Both the position numbers and the translations under genes were made by a program. A stretch of 64,000 bases of DNA from assembly GCA_030295235.1 (NCBI GenBank), contig AP026124.1, positions 2,356,001-2,420,000 on the forward strand, given 5' to 3'. The notes under the pieces are model-generated. The model saw nothing but the letters and a program-made list of their open reading frames with translations. It made no database searches and was not told the DNA's origin. Position 1 is the stretch's first letter; every line of letters starts with the position of its first letter. Source of the stretch: Fistulifera solaris (Eukaryota). This document shows positions 40,501 to 52,760 of the stretch, one piece after another.

Positions 40501-42020
40501 CAACAACATCGACCACTGCGATACCCTTTCCATAGTCGTACCAATTGCTTTGTTGTAAGATCGAATAGAAGGACCCGACCAAAGTTATCACATGCGGCAG
40601 CATATCGGCCTCCAGGATCGACGACACAGGATTCTATACGTCGAGGGGCATCATGGAACTCGTTGGATGCATAAAGCTTTGCAGGAGGCGACCATAGAGA
40701 CGGAAAAGGGGTATTGGCAGTTTCGAATTCTAGGGTTTCTTCCTCACTGCTTTTGGCCAAAAAAATTTCTTCCACCCCGCCAGAAGAAAACCCCCATTTG
40801 AGAGCACCAATCATACCGCTGACAAGGGCTTTCGTCCCTCCTACCATTGTCCCGAGTACTTTTCGATCTGACGACGAGCTATGCGCTTTCGATACATGCT
40901 CTTCAGGCCTGACAAACTGAACTTCAGATGAATAGAAGACTACAGCAGGGAAGTTGTCCGAAGTAACTTGAGAACCGTAAACAAAGGCTTCGAGTGGCTT
41001 TTCGGACGACACTTTAAAGGCTCTTTCTTGTACCATGTTTTCTACTGAATCGAGAATATCTGGCGGAGAAAGAAGTGAAGGGTAGAATCTTGGTAACGGA
41101 ATTACAGTCAGTTCCGATTCATTCGGTGGTGGCTGGACATGGTATCTCAGCAATGCAGATTTTCCCAAAGCCCCATCAATTGATAATCCTCGTTCCGAGC
41201 TTCGTTTCCAAACGGAAGGGAAGAGCCCAGCGTGATGCAACCTGATGATCGCACCATCGCCATAAGCAACGTAAACATAAACGGCGTGCGTTCCGACAGT
41301 TGTAAGGCGGAACATAGTCAAACTGGTGATTCCACCTTTCGGACAGAATGGAACAAGCAGTTCTGGGGAAACGTGGGAAAGAGGCGGACGTTGTTCGTCT
41401 ATGGGAAGCACTTCAAACAAATCATCCAGAAGATCCGTTTGTCGTTGTAATTTCCACGACTTGCGTTTTACCAGCAGTTCAACGGAAAAGAGGCGGCTCT
41501 TATTTGTTCCTACGAACACAGCAATATGCAAATTGTCATTTCCGGAAAGTATGCCACGAAGAAGCACCTTGGTTGGCGACGACTTTTCATCATTCTCCGC
41601 AACTGTGACGGTGTTTCCGCCAGCTACCAGGGTATTATCTTCCAACGCCGCAATGTTGAGGCAGTTGATGCTTTCATCTTCAACTCGATCATGCAAATGT
41701 TCTTCCCCTTCGTCTGAAGAATCTGGAATGAACGTATGAACGTGCAGTATAGGCTCCGTTCCTTTTGCATCCAGGGCCTTTCGACTTGTGGGTCTCAATA
41801 CTTGAGCAGCAATACAGTGCTTGGTAAAGGCCACGGCGAGAACAGGCCGGGATGTCGGTCTGGCATCTCGTCGCGCCAATGCGAATAGTTGTATCTGTGG
41901 CGGTTCAGGATGCCCAAAATGTTGGAGAAAGATACTCCGCGAAACTAGTTCTGATTCGGTATTATCCACATGTGATAGCAAGCGACCGCAATCGTAAACA
42001 TAATCTCGGGATTTTGTCAT
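37590..42020 (-). CDS. RAB3GAP2: Rab3 GTPase-activating protein non-catalytic subunit
   Basis: FHDAPRRIE...VDP.GRYAAACDNFGRVLLFD....LVRLWKGYR signature; three consecutive ORFs joined by frameshifts. Confidence 0.8.
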
Positions 42021-42313
42021 CTTGAATCTCCAAGAAAGTCAGCACACGTTGGGTGTGACAACGCTTTCTCAGGGTTGTTGAATTGTAAACAGATAACAGA
42101 GAGCCCTGTCCGCTAATGAATAGATGAAGCGTTACAATCCGAAAAGTGATACTATTAACTTTCTCTCCCGGTCTTCATAGTTCAAAGTATACTGTGAATA
42201 ATACTATTTTGAAATCGATTCTGAGTGACTTCAGTTTCGTTGGCTTCTTGTTGGTCGAGGAGCTGATTGACTTCAGTTTCGTTGTCGTCTCGTTGCGTCG
42301 AGGAGTGCTGCGA

Positions 42314-42346
42314 TACCTGGTACTGGTACCGGTACCGTACCTGGTA
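42314..42346. promoter_or_regulatory. TACCWGGTA/GGTACC cluster (candidate promoter element)
   Basis: tacctggtactggtaccggtaccgtacctggta between divergent RAB3GAP2 and Sec66. Confidence 0.55.
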
Positions 42347-42798
42347 GTGGATCATGTCGTAAAAACAAATTAACGAGACCCGCTGAGACGAGAACGAGAA
42401 CAACTACTCCGTAATTATTAGGAATAGGAATACTGAATGTTAATATTTCCAACGTTGACATTTACTTCCACGTGGAAGGAAGCTAAAGCGCTAATTTCTC
42501 CCGAAAGTCGAAAGCACATGAAAAAACAAAAACTGAATCTGGATCCCGAATCCCGACTTGTGGCGCAAGTGTGGCGTGTGGCTGGAATTCTCTCCCTGCG
42601 GCAACGCAACATCAACAAACGTTGCGGCAAAACAGCGTTACCTGATACGCAGGACAAAAAATTACTATCGTTGTTGCTTGAAATCAAAAGACTTCAAGCT
42701 TCAGTCCCATCCTTGGTTCGTACTTCAGTACAAGTCGCCACTCTGTTGCCCACAGGAAGATCAAGTCCCAAATTTTAGTAATAATAATATAAAGCAGT

Positions 42799-43792
42799 AT
42801 GAGCGCCGAAGAAGCAACGATAAATCCGGACGGCAGTGCCACTTTCGAGGAAACTCCTCCAATGGGAGACACTGGAGGTGAAGGTGAATCATTTTTCAAG
42901 ACACAGCACAAGAGGGGATATCCCCTGATGTAGACGGAATTGATCCTGCCTTTTACTTGCTCGGGGCAGCTTTTGCCGTTATTGTAGTTTATTTCCTCTT
43001 CTTCCGCGCCAAGAAGGATGATAGTGAAGATGACTTTTTCGCGGAACTGGACGGCGATAAAGTAAGTTTATACTCCTGCTGAAGTAATATAGGACATAAT
43101 TGCTCGAGATCTTTCTTGAGCTCCTTCTGTCGTTTTTCCTTTCCATGCACTAACCGATTTATCTTGCATTGCAGTTCAACTTGAAATTACCTTCCGAAGT
43201 GGATGAGTATTATGAAACGAAAGCAAAATGCGAGGCCGCAGGATGGGAACCTGGACAGCCTATAAAGGATCCTAAGGATCAACAGGCGACGCAGCCTCAT
43301 CGGTTGTTGGCTCAGGCGCTCATGAAACGTGCCATGGCCGACATTCCGATGGTCCAGCATATTCAAAAGGAGTCATCTGGAATGAACAAACTATACTCGC
43401 AGTCGATGTGTTCCGTCAAACAATGGCGCTCTTACCAACAAGCAGAGAGTTTAGTCTCTCAGGAAGTTGAGGAAGTTCGAGCGGAAGCCGATGAGATTGA
43501 GCCTGGATGGTCGCAATCTATTTGGCGACAAGCGATGCAGTACCACCAAATGCTCAAACAGAGGCATGAAATGGAAGAAAAGCAGCGAGAAGAAGCGATT
43601 CAAAAACGTGCAGAAATTGAAAGAAAGGTTGCCGAAGCGAGAAAACTACAGAACGAAGGTGACAAGGAAAAAGCAGCTGAGCAAGCGGCTGCAGAACTTC
43701 TGAAACAAGAGGAAGAGGACAAGAAGAAGGGCGGAGAAGGGAGTGGCATGAAAAAGGCTTTCTGCAATCAAAAGGGAAGAAAAAGTAGATGA
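42799..43792 (+). CDS. Sec66/Sec71-like ER translocon subunit
   Basis: N-terminal TM (FYLLGAAFAVIVVYFLFF), then LAQALMKRAMADI...W...QQAE.....EV.EV..EA.EIEPGWSQSIW.QA matching the Sec66 pattern; intron 43062-43174. Confidence 0.7.
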
Positions 43793-44314
43793 CATAATTA
43801 GCGAATGATGTTTTTTGCCATATTACTTTGCTCGTTGCCTGTGTTTTGAACTTAAAATAATTTGAGGTGAATGACATCGGCATCTCTCATCATAACTATG
43901 AATTGCAACACTTACGCCTATCTATGGCTGTCAGGCAAACTGTATTTGTTGGTGTCTGCAACCCTAACATTTTAGTTGATCAAGTGTTTTGAAATTGATG
44001 GGTGGGTGCCCGGACCTCTGACTGTTTTCTCAACTTAAGTTCTTCATCCAAACACCGACGGGCAAAAAACTCTTCTTCGGATGTGAAGCTTTGGCAAATA
44101 GTGGATAATGACAAGAGTTTGATGAATGCTCGTAAAGATTTCCATGAAGTAGAGTGCATGCATTTTCGAAGGAAAACGGCTGGAGAGAGGTCTCTTAAGA
44201 GACTCTCGAACGCAACGTATTTTGTAGCACTGAAGTTGTCTAGGTATCTTACTGTGTACTAGTTGGGGAGGAAGCCATCACAAGCAATCTCAGGACGTAA
44301 CGCATCCCCCCTTT

Positions 44315-45487
44315 TTAAAAGAACAATGCACCGCTCTCTTTCTTTCCAAAGTCTTCATTCCGGGCTTCGGTATGCTCATCGAAGTTGTCAGCCAAAAGGA
44401 ACAAAGAGTTGCGCGATAGATTTCGAACGAGGTCCCTAACTTCCGATTTGACAGTTTCCTTTTGAATTTCGCGATGTTTTTCACCCGACATCAAAAGTTC
44501 CCAAGCATGATGGCATTCGTCGATGACACCTTTGGCATATTCTTTGTTCATGAACTTTTCATCCAAGCCAAAGACGTTAGGCGGCTTTCCATCTGGGATT
44601 TTGTAAGTTCGGTACCATTCACGAATTGCATCAAGCTGACCGGGGAGCTCGCGTTCGACGTCCTCAATATCGTTGAGAAAAGGCGCCCACTTATCTTCGA
44701 TGTCAATGACGACGACTTTCCAATCGCACTCGCCCTCGTCAATCATTAGCAAAACACCCAATACCTTGACTGCACGGACGTCCTGTTACAAATGTACATA
44801 AATGAGTTCAACCTACGCTCCAACGCTAGCTATCTCGACACGAAAAGGCACTTACACCGGGCTGGATGATTCTGGCACCAATCTCACATACATCCAATGG
44901 ATCATTATCTCCACGGCAACCATCGGCATCTGGATGAATGAATGTAGGGTCTTCCCAGGTTTGAGGAAAGCATCCGTAGTTGAAGAAGATGTCTCCTTTT
45001 TGAACTGATGAGGGCAATAAAAATGAGTGAACGGCAGATTGCTTACGTAACAGGATCCCTCGAACACCTACCTCACGCAGTTGCCCTTTCTTTGTATCCT
45101 GTTTAATAGGATTTCCTTCTTCGTCAGTAGCAATCTCAAACTTTTTTCTGCAGAGAAGATTCGAGACCATGAGAACGAGATTCTCGTGCACACGACGGCG
45201 TCGAAGGCAGAATTTACGTACCGAGTGAATTTGGGAATCTCGCAAACAAAGTTCAAATAAGGAGTTTCAGCCTTTGTTACAGGATCCATGTGATAAAGAG
45301 AGATATCATGCCACAAACTGATCTTCTTCTTCTTTTCAGGGCAGACTGCTTGAAGACGATAATCGAGCGTGTCGGCTTCCCCGTGATGACTCAACTCGAG
45401 CTCCGAACCCGGGCCGCGAGAGTTGTTTCGCTTCAGCTTTCGCACTTCGCTGAGCGGAACAAGGAGTTCTTCGTCTGTTGATGACAT
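44315..45487 (-). CDS. soluble inorganic pyrophosphatase (family I)
   Basis: [59 protein letters not shown]; several short introns. Confidence 0.95.
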
Positions 45488-46095
45488 TTTGAGTTAATGT
45501 CTGTTGTTATATAAAATAAATAAGAGAGCTCTTGTTTCGTTTGTGGTTTGTGGTCGTGCTGCTGGTCTTGGTTTTTGCGTCGACTTTTCCAAAGTCATTT
45601 ATTTACTCCGATTTTCTTCCACTGCAACGGGGAAACGGGAAACGTATGCGCCAACACGTTGACAATCGACAATCATAGATCATAGTTCTTCCGTCTGTCG
45701 TTTACTACAATCGAGCGGATGCTTGAGGCTTTTGTATAGCCTCAGTTTGTGCACACGTCAGTTTCCTAAAAATGAGGTCCTCATAACCAAACGGGACACA
45801 ACTTGACTGACCCTGCTGTCGATAGATTTCATGGTACCAGGAATCATGGGTAGGCGGCACGAACAAATTCTGGGCGACACGTAGCGGCTTCCTAGGTTTC
45901 TTACGCTCGCGATAGCCTCGTAGTAAATAAATTTAGCTAGTTTATTGTCCAGAGTGTATTTCAAACTGGCAACGGTTTTTTTCTCGAAACATCGGCCGTG
46001 ACGGCAAATGTTTCATCGGCTTACCTCTGTCGTCTTTCATTCTGATAATCAAGAATACACTAAGTCTTTATTGAATAAACTCTCTCTCAACAATC

Positions 46096-46524
46096 ACGGG
46101 CCGCAACCAGATAGGCGGTCGGGCCAAGTCAGATTACTATGTCGGCTCGGAGGCCAACTTGACTAGCTCTGATGTTGCAACCATTGTCCGTTCGTTCCAT
46201 CGAGAGTGGAGATGCGTTGGGAAGCCAAGCATCGACGTGGACGGCAACATCTTCGTATATAAGTTTGCTCATTTGAATGCTGGTGCCGTATACGAGCTTG
46301 TCGCTTTTCTTTCTGCATGGGCGGCCTACGGAATCGACGTTACTTGCGTTTTGGATCCGCCGCTTGGTGTGCGCGACGACACAAAACGTGCCAGTGTCAA
46401 GCGCAGAGGCGAAAGGACAGCGAAGAAATCAAAACTTATGCGCTTGGGTCAATACGTACTAGACCCTGATAACAATTCGCTTCCGCCCGGCGTGAAACCC
46501 ACAGTGGTGAAGTGTGCGACTTGA
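46096..46524 (+). pseudogene. truncated FEN1/XPG/EXO1-like PIN-domain nuclease N-terminus
   Basis: IDVDGNIFVYK...GIDVTCVLD...DDTKRASVKRR matches the XPG_N pattern; probable mutated start ACG-GGC at 46096, in frame with ORF 46159-46524. Confidence 0.55.
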
Positions 46525-46560
46525 AAAAGTAATTAAGGACGCGGAAACACACTACCGGAA

Positions 46561-47590
46561 ATGAACCCGACTGTGAGGAAGATAGCAAATTATCCGCCGG
46601 TAGTTCCACGGGTGAAAAAACTAGTCGATACGAAAAGAGTAAGCCAACGACAAGGTTACCGTGGCACTATGATCCGACAATTAACATAAACACGCCAGCG
46701 GCTAAAAGTCAAGCTTGAAACTGGTTTCACAGATATATTCGCACTTCTGCGTTTCGTAATGGTGGTTTGCGAGGGAGACATTGGGAAAGCGACGAAACGA
46801 GTAACAACCGTGACATGGTTGGAGGAGTGGTATTTGTATTTTGAGTGGGCTTGGGGAAGATCCGACAAGATACGCCGACAGTGCAGCAAAATACAATACC
46901 AATGACAAATCAGCGCGTCGGATTGTTAAAGTCAAGCGACAACAAGTATTGCAGGCAAGACGACGATGGCCATTCTTCGCTACACACCGGGAAGATGTGC
47001 TGTTACGGGATGAAAAATGGAATGATAGGTATCCTGGTAAGCGCGTGGTGTTTTGGGATGATACAAACATCAATCTACCAATGCCAAGTGACGCGTCCTT
47101 GAATCGTCGAACATATAGCAGTTATTAAGTTGGAAATGTTGGAAAAGGAGGAGTATTCTTGCAGCTGTGTGGATGGCTGGGAGTATGGAACTTGTGGACT
47201 GGGGCAGTTTCAGACTCGGCATACCTTATTGGAAGTGGAATACTAGAAATGCAGAACGATTTTGCAGCATGGGATTCGAGCATCGACGAGTCTTTTACGA
47301 ATATCCTAGACGAAGGATTTCGTTGCTAAATTGCTGCGTGGAGGATGGTTGGCCAGTACATCTTGCAACCTTCTTTCGCAAAAAGTGATCGACAATTCCC
47401 AACAAATCAAATCATCTCTTCAGCGGCAATAGCAAAGGATAGAGGGGGGAACGAAAGAGCGGTGAATGTTTGCAAGCGCTCAGGCTTGCTAAAAAGGGGG
47501 CTTGCCAACAACGATTCCATGGCAGAGCTCGATGACGCATGCCTTGCATGGAGCTTCCAAGCCAATTTCATGTTTGATACAGTGATCTAG
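46561..47590 (+). mobile_element. decayed PIF/Harbinger-superfamily (ISL2EU-like, DDE_Tnp_4) transposase
   Basis: HTH region VKLETGF..LLRF..TWLEEWYLY; catalytic WDDTN, YSSY*.GN.GKGGV, WTGAVSD, ILDEGF, R..NERAV; one frameshift near 46860 and TAA stops at about 46687, 47126 and 47327. Confidence 0.8.
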
Positions 47591-47887
47591 GAATACTTCT
47601 ATGAATACATTTAATTTTTGGTTCATATTGAATTGTTTGGTGGTTGCGATTCATCATTTTGTGAGTGAATAGTGGGCATTTCCGTAAGTGAGACGTAAAA
47701 ATAACCCGGAAAACATGAGAATAACACGGTCTATCACGGACGTAGCCGTACGTAGAAAAATGTACTGAGTTTTTGGCGTCGCCCAAATTTGGCTGAGCCG
47801 CCTGTCCATTCCGACAATGATGGTTGCGGGGCGGAATAAAGCAACGAGCTTCCACAGCCGCCACTGAAAACGCTGCTCAGAATTGCG

Positions 47888-49895
47888 ACAGCTTTGAGCA
47901 GCGGTTGCGAGGATCCTCGACAAGCGTTGAAAACCTTCTTCAGAACAAACTTCGTCGCAAGTCGCAATTTCCAAAACGGCATACCGTGACTCTTTTAGTC
48001 ACGACTACAATTTTTCCGATCTCGAAAACTGACACAGCGCGTTATAAGCCCCAACTCTCTCTAGCAATCGAGTTTCAGATCGACATGAAAAAAGCTTTTG
48101 CGGAAACCCAACGTCGACACTGTGTTCAGTCAGGCATGTCGTGGCGTGTTTTTTCCTCTTGCTGTTTCTGTTGTTCTACCTGACGGGGCGGGCGGCCGAC
48201 GGTCCGACGCTATTTGATAAGTCACGAGGAAGCATGTTTGCGACCAAAGGACTTGACGTCGTAAAGAGAAGTTTCGCATTGATTTTAAGATATTCCGATC
48301 CGTCCTTCGATACCGTATCATTGGAGTTCGGCACTGATTGGATGCACAGTAGACCCAATAGACTTGAACGGGCGACGGCTCCTCCTTGTGATGGACGCTG
48401 CGCGCGAAAAAAAGAAAGTGCTTGGAGTTTTGAGGCGCTGCGAAAGAGGAGGAGCAGCAAGAGATAGCCTCATCTCTTGAAAAGCATTATGATTTTATTT
48501 GAAAGCACGCGCACAACACTTGTACTAGCTATCGTAGCTGTTACACGGACTAACCGCCAATGAGGTTTGGGACACGAAACTCCCAGGGATAGTGGAAGGA
48601 AATCAGTTCAAGGACGGATATAACATGGGAAACATTCTTTGCTCTACTCCGATATGCCCTCCTCTGCCGAGGCAAGATTGGAATGATGTTTATCAGATTT
48701 TGTCGGACCTATACACAACACCATCAGCACTCATTACATACCTAGTGAAAATAGCAAGAACCCCGCACAAGCGAGTTCACTATAGTCTGCCACAAGGGGG
48801 TGGGCTTGAGCCAACTAATATTGGTCCTGTGATTCCTTTCCTGCGAGACGGCTTAATCAATTGCGCCAGAGGCTTTACGTACATTCTACCCATGAACTCC
48901 CTTATGGGCAAGACGATGGCAGCTGAATATTTGGTTGCGAAATTACTACAAGGGCAAAACGCACTGTACGTCAGCGCTTCAGGTGATAAAGAGATTGTCA
49001 ACACTCTTCAAGCAACTTTGAATACTACAGTGGGTAGCACCATGCTAGCTAAATGCTTAGTAGCCGCATTGGGGACAACCGGAGTCGCTCGCGACTATGA
49101 ACTCCCCATCGCTTTTGATTATTGACGAAGCGAACCGCGAGCGAATCCAATAAAGCTTTCATTGAAGACCTCTTCCTGGAGATTAATCGTGACAGAGGTT
49201 TAACTTGTGTGATTCTGACCAATAAAGAAGAGGTAGCCGAAGCCTTGCTAGCGCTCAATGGAGGTAAAATTCGACCATTTCCTGGCTCCGTTGTTGAACC
49301 TTGGAAGCCCCTCGAACGGCCTGAATGGTTGCGGAATGTTTATTGGACTAGTGCGCAACTCCAAGAGCTGATCCGGTATATGTTCGGAACTCAGTTAGGT
49401 GATTGCGTCGACAATTTGTTTTCGCCACAGTTCCCTGCAGATGAGCAAACGCCGGGGGATATCCTGCATGTGGTGGACTTGAAGATTCAAAAAAAGAAAT
49501 TTACTGATAACAGGGTGCTATGTAGACGACATCTACCAATACCAAGGTCTATACTTGTCGGTGTAATTGCTGCAACCGCCAGTTTGATTTTATCAAGAAG
49601 AAAGTAAAGTCCTTATCTATTTGCACTTTATTTATCTCACACGTGCTATGAATAAGCAAGTTTTCATAAAAGCAAATGATAACCGTTGTAAAGTCTTACT
49701 TTCTATTTTTCACGCGCTGCAACGAACTAAATTGCCACTTCAACCGAAGGTGCTGCTGTTGTTATGCGGAAAGCTTTGGCCATTGTTGTCAGGTTCCTCC
49801 TCGAACAGCATGCAAAAAAACAACGTTCAGAACAAAACTTTCGTCGCAAGAGCGAAAACAACATACCGTGACTCTGTTAGTCACGAGTCACGACC
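47888..49895. repeat. diverged ~120-bp direct repeats at 47888-48005 and 49769-49895
   Basis: Both copies share agctttg...ttcagaacaaa(a)ctt(t)cgtcgcaag...cataccgtgactctNttagtcacga. Confidence 0.75.
48592..49607 (+). CDS. P-loop NTPase-like protein, frameshifted (possible pseudogene)
   Basis: Walker A-like YILPMNSLMGKT; Walker B LLIIDEAN in the next frame after the C-run near 49105; hydrophobic C-terminal tail. Confidence 0.5.
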
Positions 49896-50349
49896 AAGAA
49901 ATAATACGTAGTATTATTGGTACGGTACCGAGCTTTTTCGAATCTGACAAGGAAAGGTACAAGGCGTGCGCTGAAAAAGTTACCAGCGCTTTTGCAGTTG
50001 TTGTTACTGCAGCGTGAGTGAAGCAAACACAACCAAGTGATGATGATGCTGGCTTGAAACAAGACACATCATGCTACCGACTCATGCATACTTGAGTCCC
50101 GACAAAAAAACTGGATCGAAGATTTTGGCTAAGGCGCTCAACTAAGCGGTACTTGGTTCAATAAGACGGTTACTACGTATTCGGCACCAAAAAGACTGCA
50201 TGAATGTGACGCATCGACAAAAGGCTTCTTGGGCCCAACATTTTAGTGCCTTATATCTGTGTGTGTAAAACAAAGGAAGTAAGGAATAAAGTTTTACAAG
50301 CTGGGTACAGTGATTCAGAACCCGAATTCTCTGAACAATAAAAACGAAC

Positions 50350-51022
50350 AATGGAAAATTCAGTCGAATGTCACAATTGCATTCTGACTCTAAGAAATGA
50401 GTGAAGCTCCTTTTTATATGTTTAGGATTGTGTTGTGGAAAAAACCAATTTTAGGAATGCCAAAACGGAATCCCCTCATTGGGAAACGGGCTCGGGACTG
50501 GCCCTCTACAAGCGCACTAAGGCTAGAGAGTTAGAACCAAAGCTTACTCAGAGGAGTGTCAGACTGAAATATATGTAAATGAAAAATGGAAAATTCAGTC
50601 GAATGTCAAGATTAGATTCTGACGAATAAAAAATTAGGAATAATATTGGTAGTAAAAAAAAATTTCCATTGACGGAATGATGGGACAACAGGCTATTTCA
50701 GCATCGAGACAACTTGCAAGTAAACTTCAGCGGAAGTGGAACAAGCCATACTCCGAGATCTGTGGTTTCATCAGAAACCGCATGAGTCTTCCCCCTGGTC
50801 AGGTCAGTTAGTACGCTTCTGCGGAATCAAAGAGAAGGATGCCAAGACGGACTCCCCCTTATTGGGAAACAGGCTCGGGACTAGCCCTCTACTAGCACTA
50901 GAGCTAGAGTTAGAACCAAAGTCTACTCAGCGAAGTGTCAGACTCAAAAATATACTCCATATGCGAAATAATGAGATGAAAAATAGAAATATCAGTCGAA
51001 TGTCAAAATAACATTCTGACGT
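50350..51022. repeat. degenerate tandem repeat: three ~40-bp units and two ~115-bp units
   Basis: aat(g/a)gaaa.ttcagtcgaatgtca...attctgac at about 50350, 50585 and 50982; gccaa.acgga.tcccc...ttagaaccaaag...gtgtcagact at about 50459 and 50841. Confidence 0.85.
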
Positions 51023-51809
51023 TAGGAAATTAGAAATAATATTTAAATTTAGTGAATAATTTTTGTTATAATTGAGGCCAACGAAGTCCAGGCCTCTTGG
51101 GTGTAAGAGTGGCATTCCTCGTTGTAAACGCTTTCGTCACCCCAATCAGTAATCGACATTTTAAAAAACCGGCCCAAACGTATCTTCGTCGTTATCTCAA
51201 GCTATGTTTTAAAAAACCTCGCGGACGCATATATATGTGAGATTGAACACTCAATCCGGATAATAATTATTGATATCTTAAATTCAGAATGAAACTTTGT
51301 CAAATATATTACAGTCCGGACATCCGCTGAGAAGATAGTGCAAGCCCAGAGCCCGCATTGCAGTTGTCCTACGCTGTGTTCTTCCCGACGATACAACTAC
51401 GTGCGTAAATCACCTCGCGGAAGGAATTATTTGTTTATCAATACGGGCAGTTATTTGAAAAAGTAGATGGGCATGTGTTGCTTTCGAGTTCTCCGAAGGT
51501 CAACATAAGACATAATGACAACCAAGGTCCCTTTCATATTAAACTCGAATGAGCTGATAGCACAATATGTTAAATTTAAGCGATTAAAGTGTTTTCAGTT
51601 TCCACGCTCCTTCATGTAAATGAACACCTCACGAACGCACATTACATTGTTTTGATAATGTCAAGGTAGGTACGCCGAGAGAACCTTTAGTGAAGCTGAT
51701 ATTCGCATGGATATAAAAACACTTAACCCGTGTAGACCATCGCTTACAAGGAAAAATTCTTTGACGGCACAAGTGCTTTGATGATAAAAAATATTTCAAG
51801 AAGCAATTT

Positions 51810-52032
51810 CATCATTCACTAAAAAAGAACCTATGAGCTTAATTTTCATTGCTTTTGCAAAATCGAATTTTACATAAGAGAATATAAATATGATCTGTGT
51901 CTTACCTGGTGTCTTTATATGCATCATTCACTAAGAAGAACCTATGAGCTTATTTTTCATTGCTTTTGCAAAATCAAAACTTACATAAGAGAATATAAAT
52001 ATGATCTGTGTCTAACTTTGTGTCTGTATATG
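51810..52032. repeat. tandem duplication, period about 111-112 bp
   Basis: catcattcactaa...gaacctatgagctt...tacataagagaatataaatatgatctgtgtct repeated at 51810 and 51922. Confidence 0.92.
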
Positions 52033-52760
52033 AATGACGGAAGAATCATTACAACATCAAGCGTTAAGCCATCTAATACTTAACGTTATACGCATAACCA
52101 CGATTAAGTTCATTTTATAGATTCGAAAAAAACAACATATCAGTGATGCGGTCTTACGCTGCCAATGACGCCAGCTTTCCTGAGGCAGATCAGATGAAGC
52201 AATGTTTATTTTAATATTTATAGTAAAGCTCTAATTTGCATGATCAACAAGCTAGCGCGAGGTTTAACGCAGGGATCTCTTATCAATCAGTTTGACTTGT
52301 TCGCTGTTTGATTGTGATCCAGAAGATGATCGGGTTACCTAGAAAAGAAATTATTTATCGTTAACAATTCAATAAGTTTATGTGAGGTATAAGGAGCTTG
52401 GAAAGCCAAACCAATAGTTCTGGGAAGATGATATTTATTGACATTTTGAGTCATCAATTTTTATCCTTCTTTCTGTTATTTTTATTTCTTATTTAGAACC
52501 GGTCTCGCCCTTTTGAGGTGCTTTTCTTAAAAAATTAGGTCTTTTATATTGTTTATGAATGACTTGTTGAAGCGACGTAATCAGATTCTCAAGCACTGTT
52601 TTTGTTATTGTCGCTATTCTGGTTTGTTGGCGGCTAAGGGATCGGATAAAGGAATAACGTATGCAATACAAAGGCTTTCATACTAGCTGGTATGTGGTCA
52701 AGCGGTTAATGCCAAAATTGTGTTTCATATATTGTGTATTTTTTGTGAAAACGATATATT

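Noticed and set aside
50736..51011. 91-aa ORF in the repeat block
   Set aside because: GTG start, overlaps a non-coding duplication whose other copy is not open, and no recognisable motif.
50350..51022. Three ~40-bp repeats separated by longer sequences, superficially CRISPR-like
   Set aside because: Spacers are 200-350 bp and homologous to each other, repeats are degenerate, there are no cas genes and the context is eukaryotic.
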